Assembly: GCA_012295275.1 (NCBI GenBank)
Contig: CM022668.1
Span: forward strand, 8,370,001-8,434,000
Direction of reading: 5' to 3'
Source of the DNA: Chrysomallon squamiferum
Taxonomy: Eukaryota; Animalia; Mollusca
Length of the DNA: 64,000 bases
A program made the position numbers and the translations under genes. Below, one piece after another: positions 63,885 to 64,000 of this stretch. How positions within the stretch are numbered: the stretch's first letter is position 1; each line of letters begins with the position of its first letter. The notes under the pieces are model-generated. The model saw only the letters and a list, made by a program, of their open reading frames with translations. It ran no database searches and had not been told where the DNA came from.

Positions 63885-64000
63885 TTAAGAAGAAGAAGAA
63901 GAAGAAGAAGAATGAAAATAAATAAATAAACAGTAAATAAATACGCCTGACGTCACATGACAGAAGCTGAGGTAGATTCCATCGAAAACTTGCAAACGAC

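Overview
AT-rich, microsatellite-dense, intron-containing animal DNA, probably an invertebrate such as a mollusc (inferred from composition and gene families only). No RNA genes or CRISPR arrays were found. Manual splicing gives seven genes. Four are two-coding-exon Golgi carbohydrate sulfotransferases (Sulfotransfer_2, CHST11/HNK-1-like): one on + (9389-11093) and three on - (19470-21321, 24786-26827, 30426-32086). Two are convergent orphan ORFs (37518-41123 + and 42455-43540 -). One is a ~25-exon minus-strand gene (46830-62720) for a ~800-aa secreted protein with the layout CAP(SCP)-EGF-ShKT-(EGF-like)x14-ShK-like tail. Highlights: (1) a ~1 kb inverted duplication brackets the three minus-strand sulfotransferases, consistent with an inversion of a once head-to-tail array; (2) the paralogs are gene-conversion mosaics, homogenised at PAPS-binding motifs and divergent in the loops; (3) the CAP protein has lost canonical CAP His/Glu residues and is expanding an array of symmetric 90/93-nt cysteine-rich exons by 2.1-2.6 kb tandem duplications. 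A deleted Tigger/pogo transposon lies just before the first sulfotransferase coding exon.
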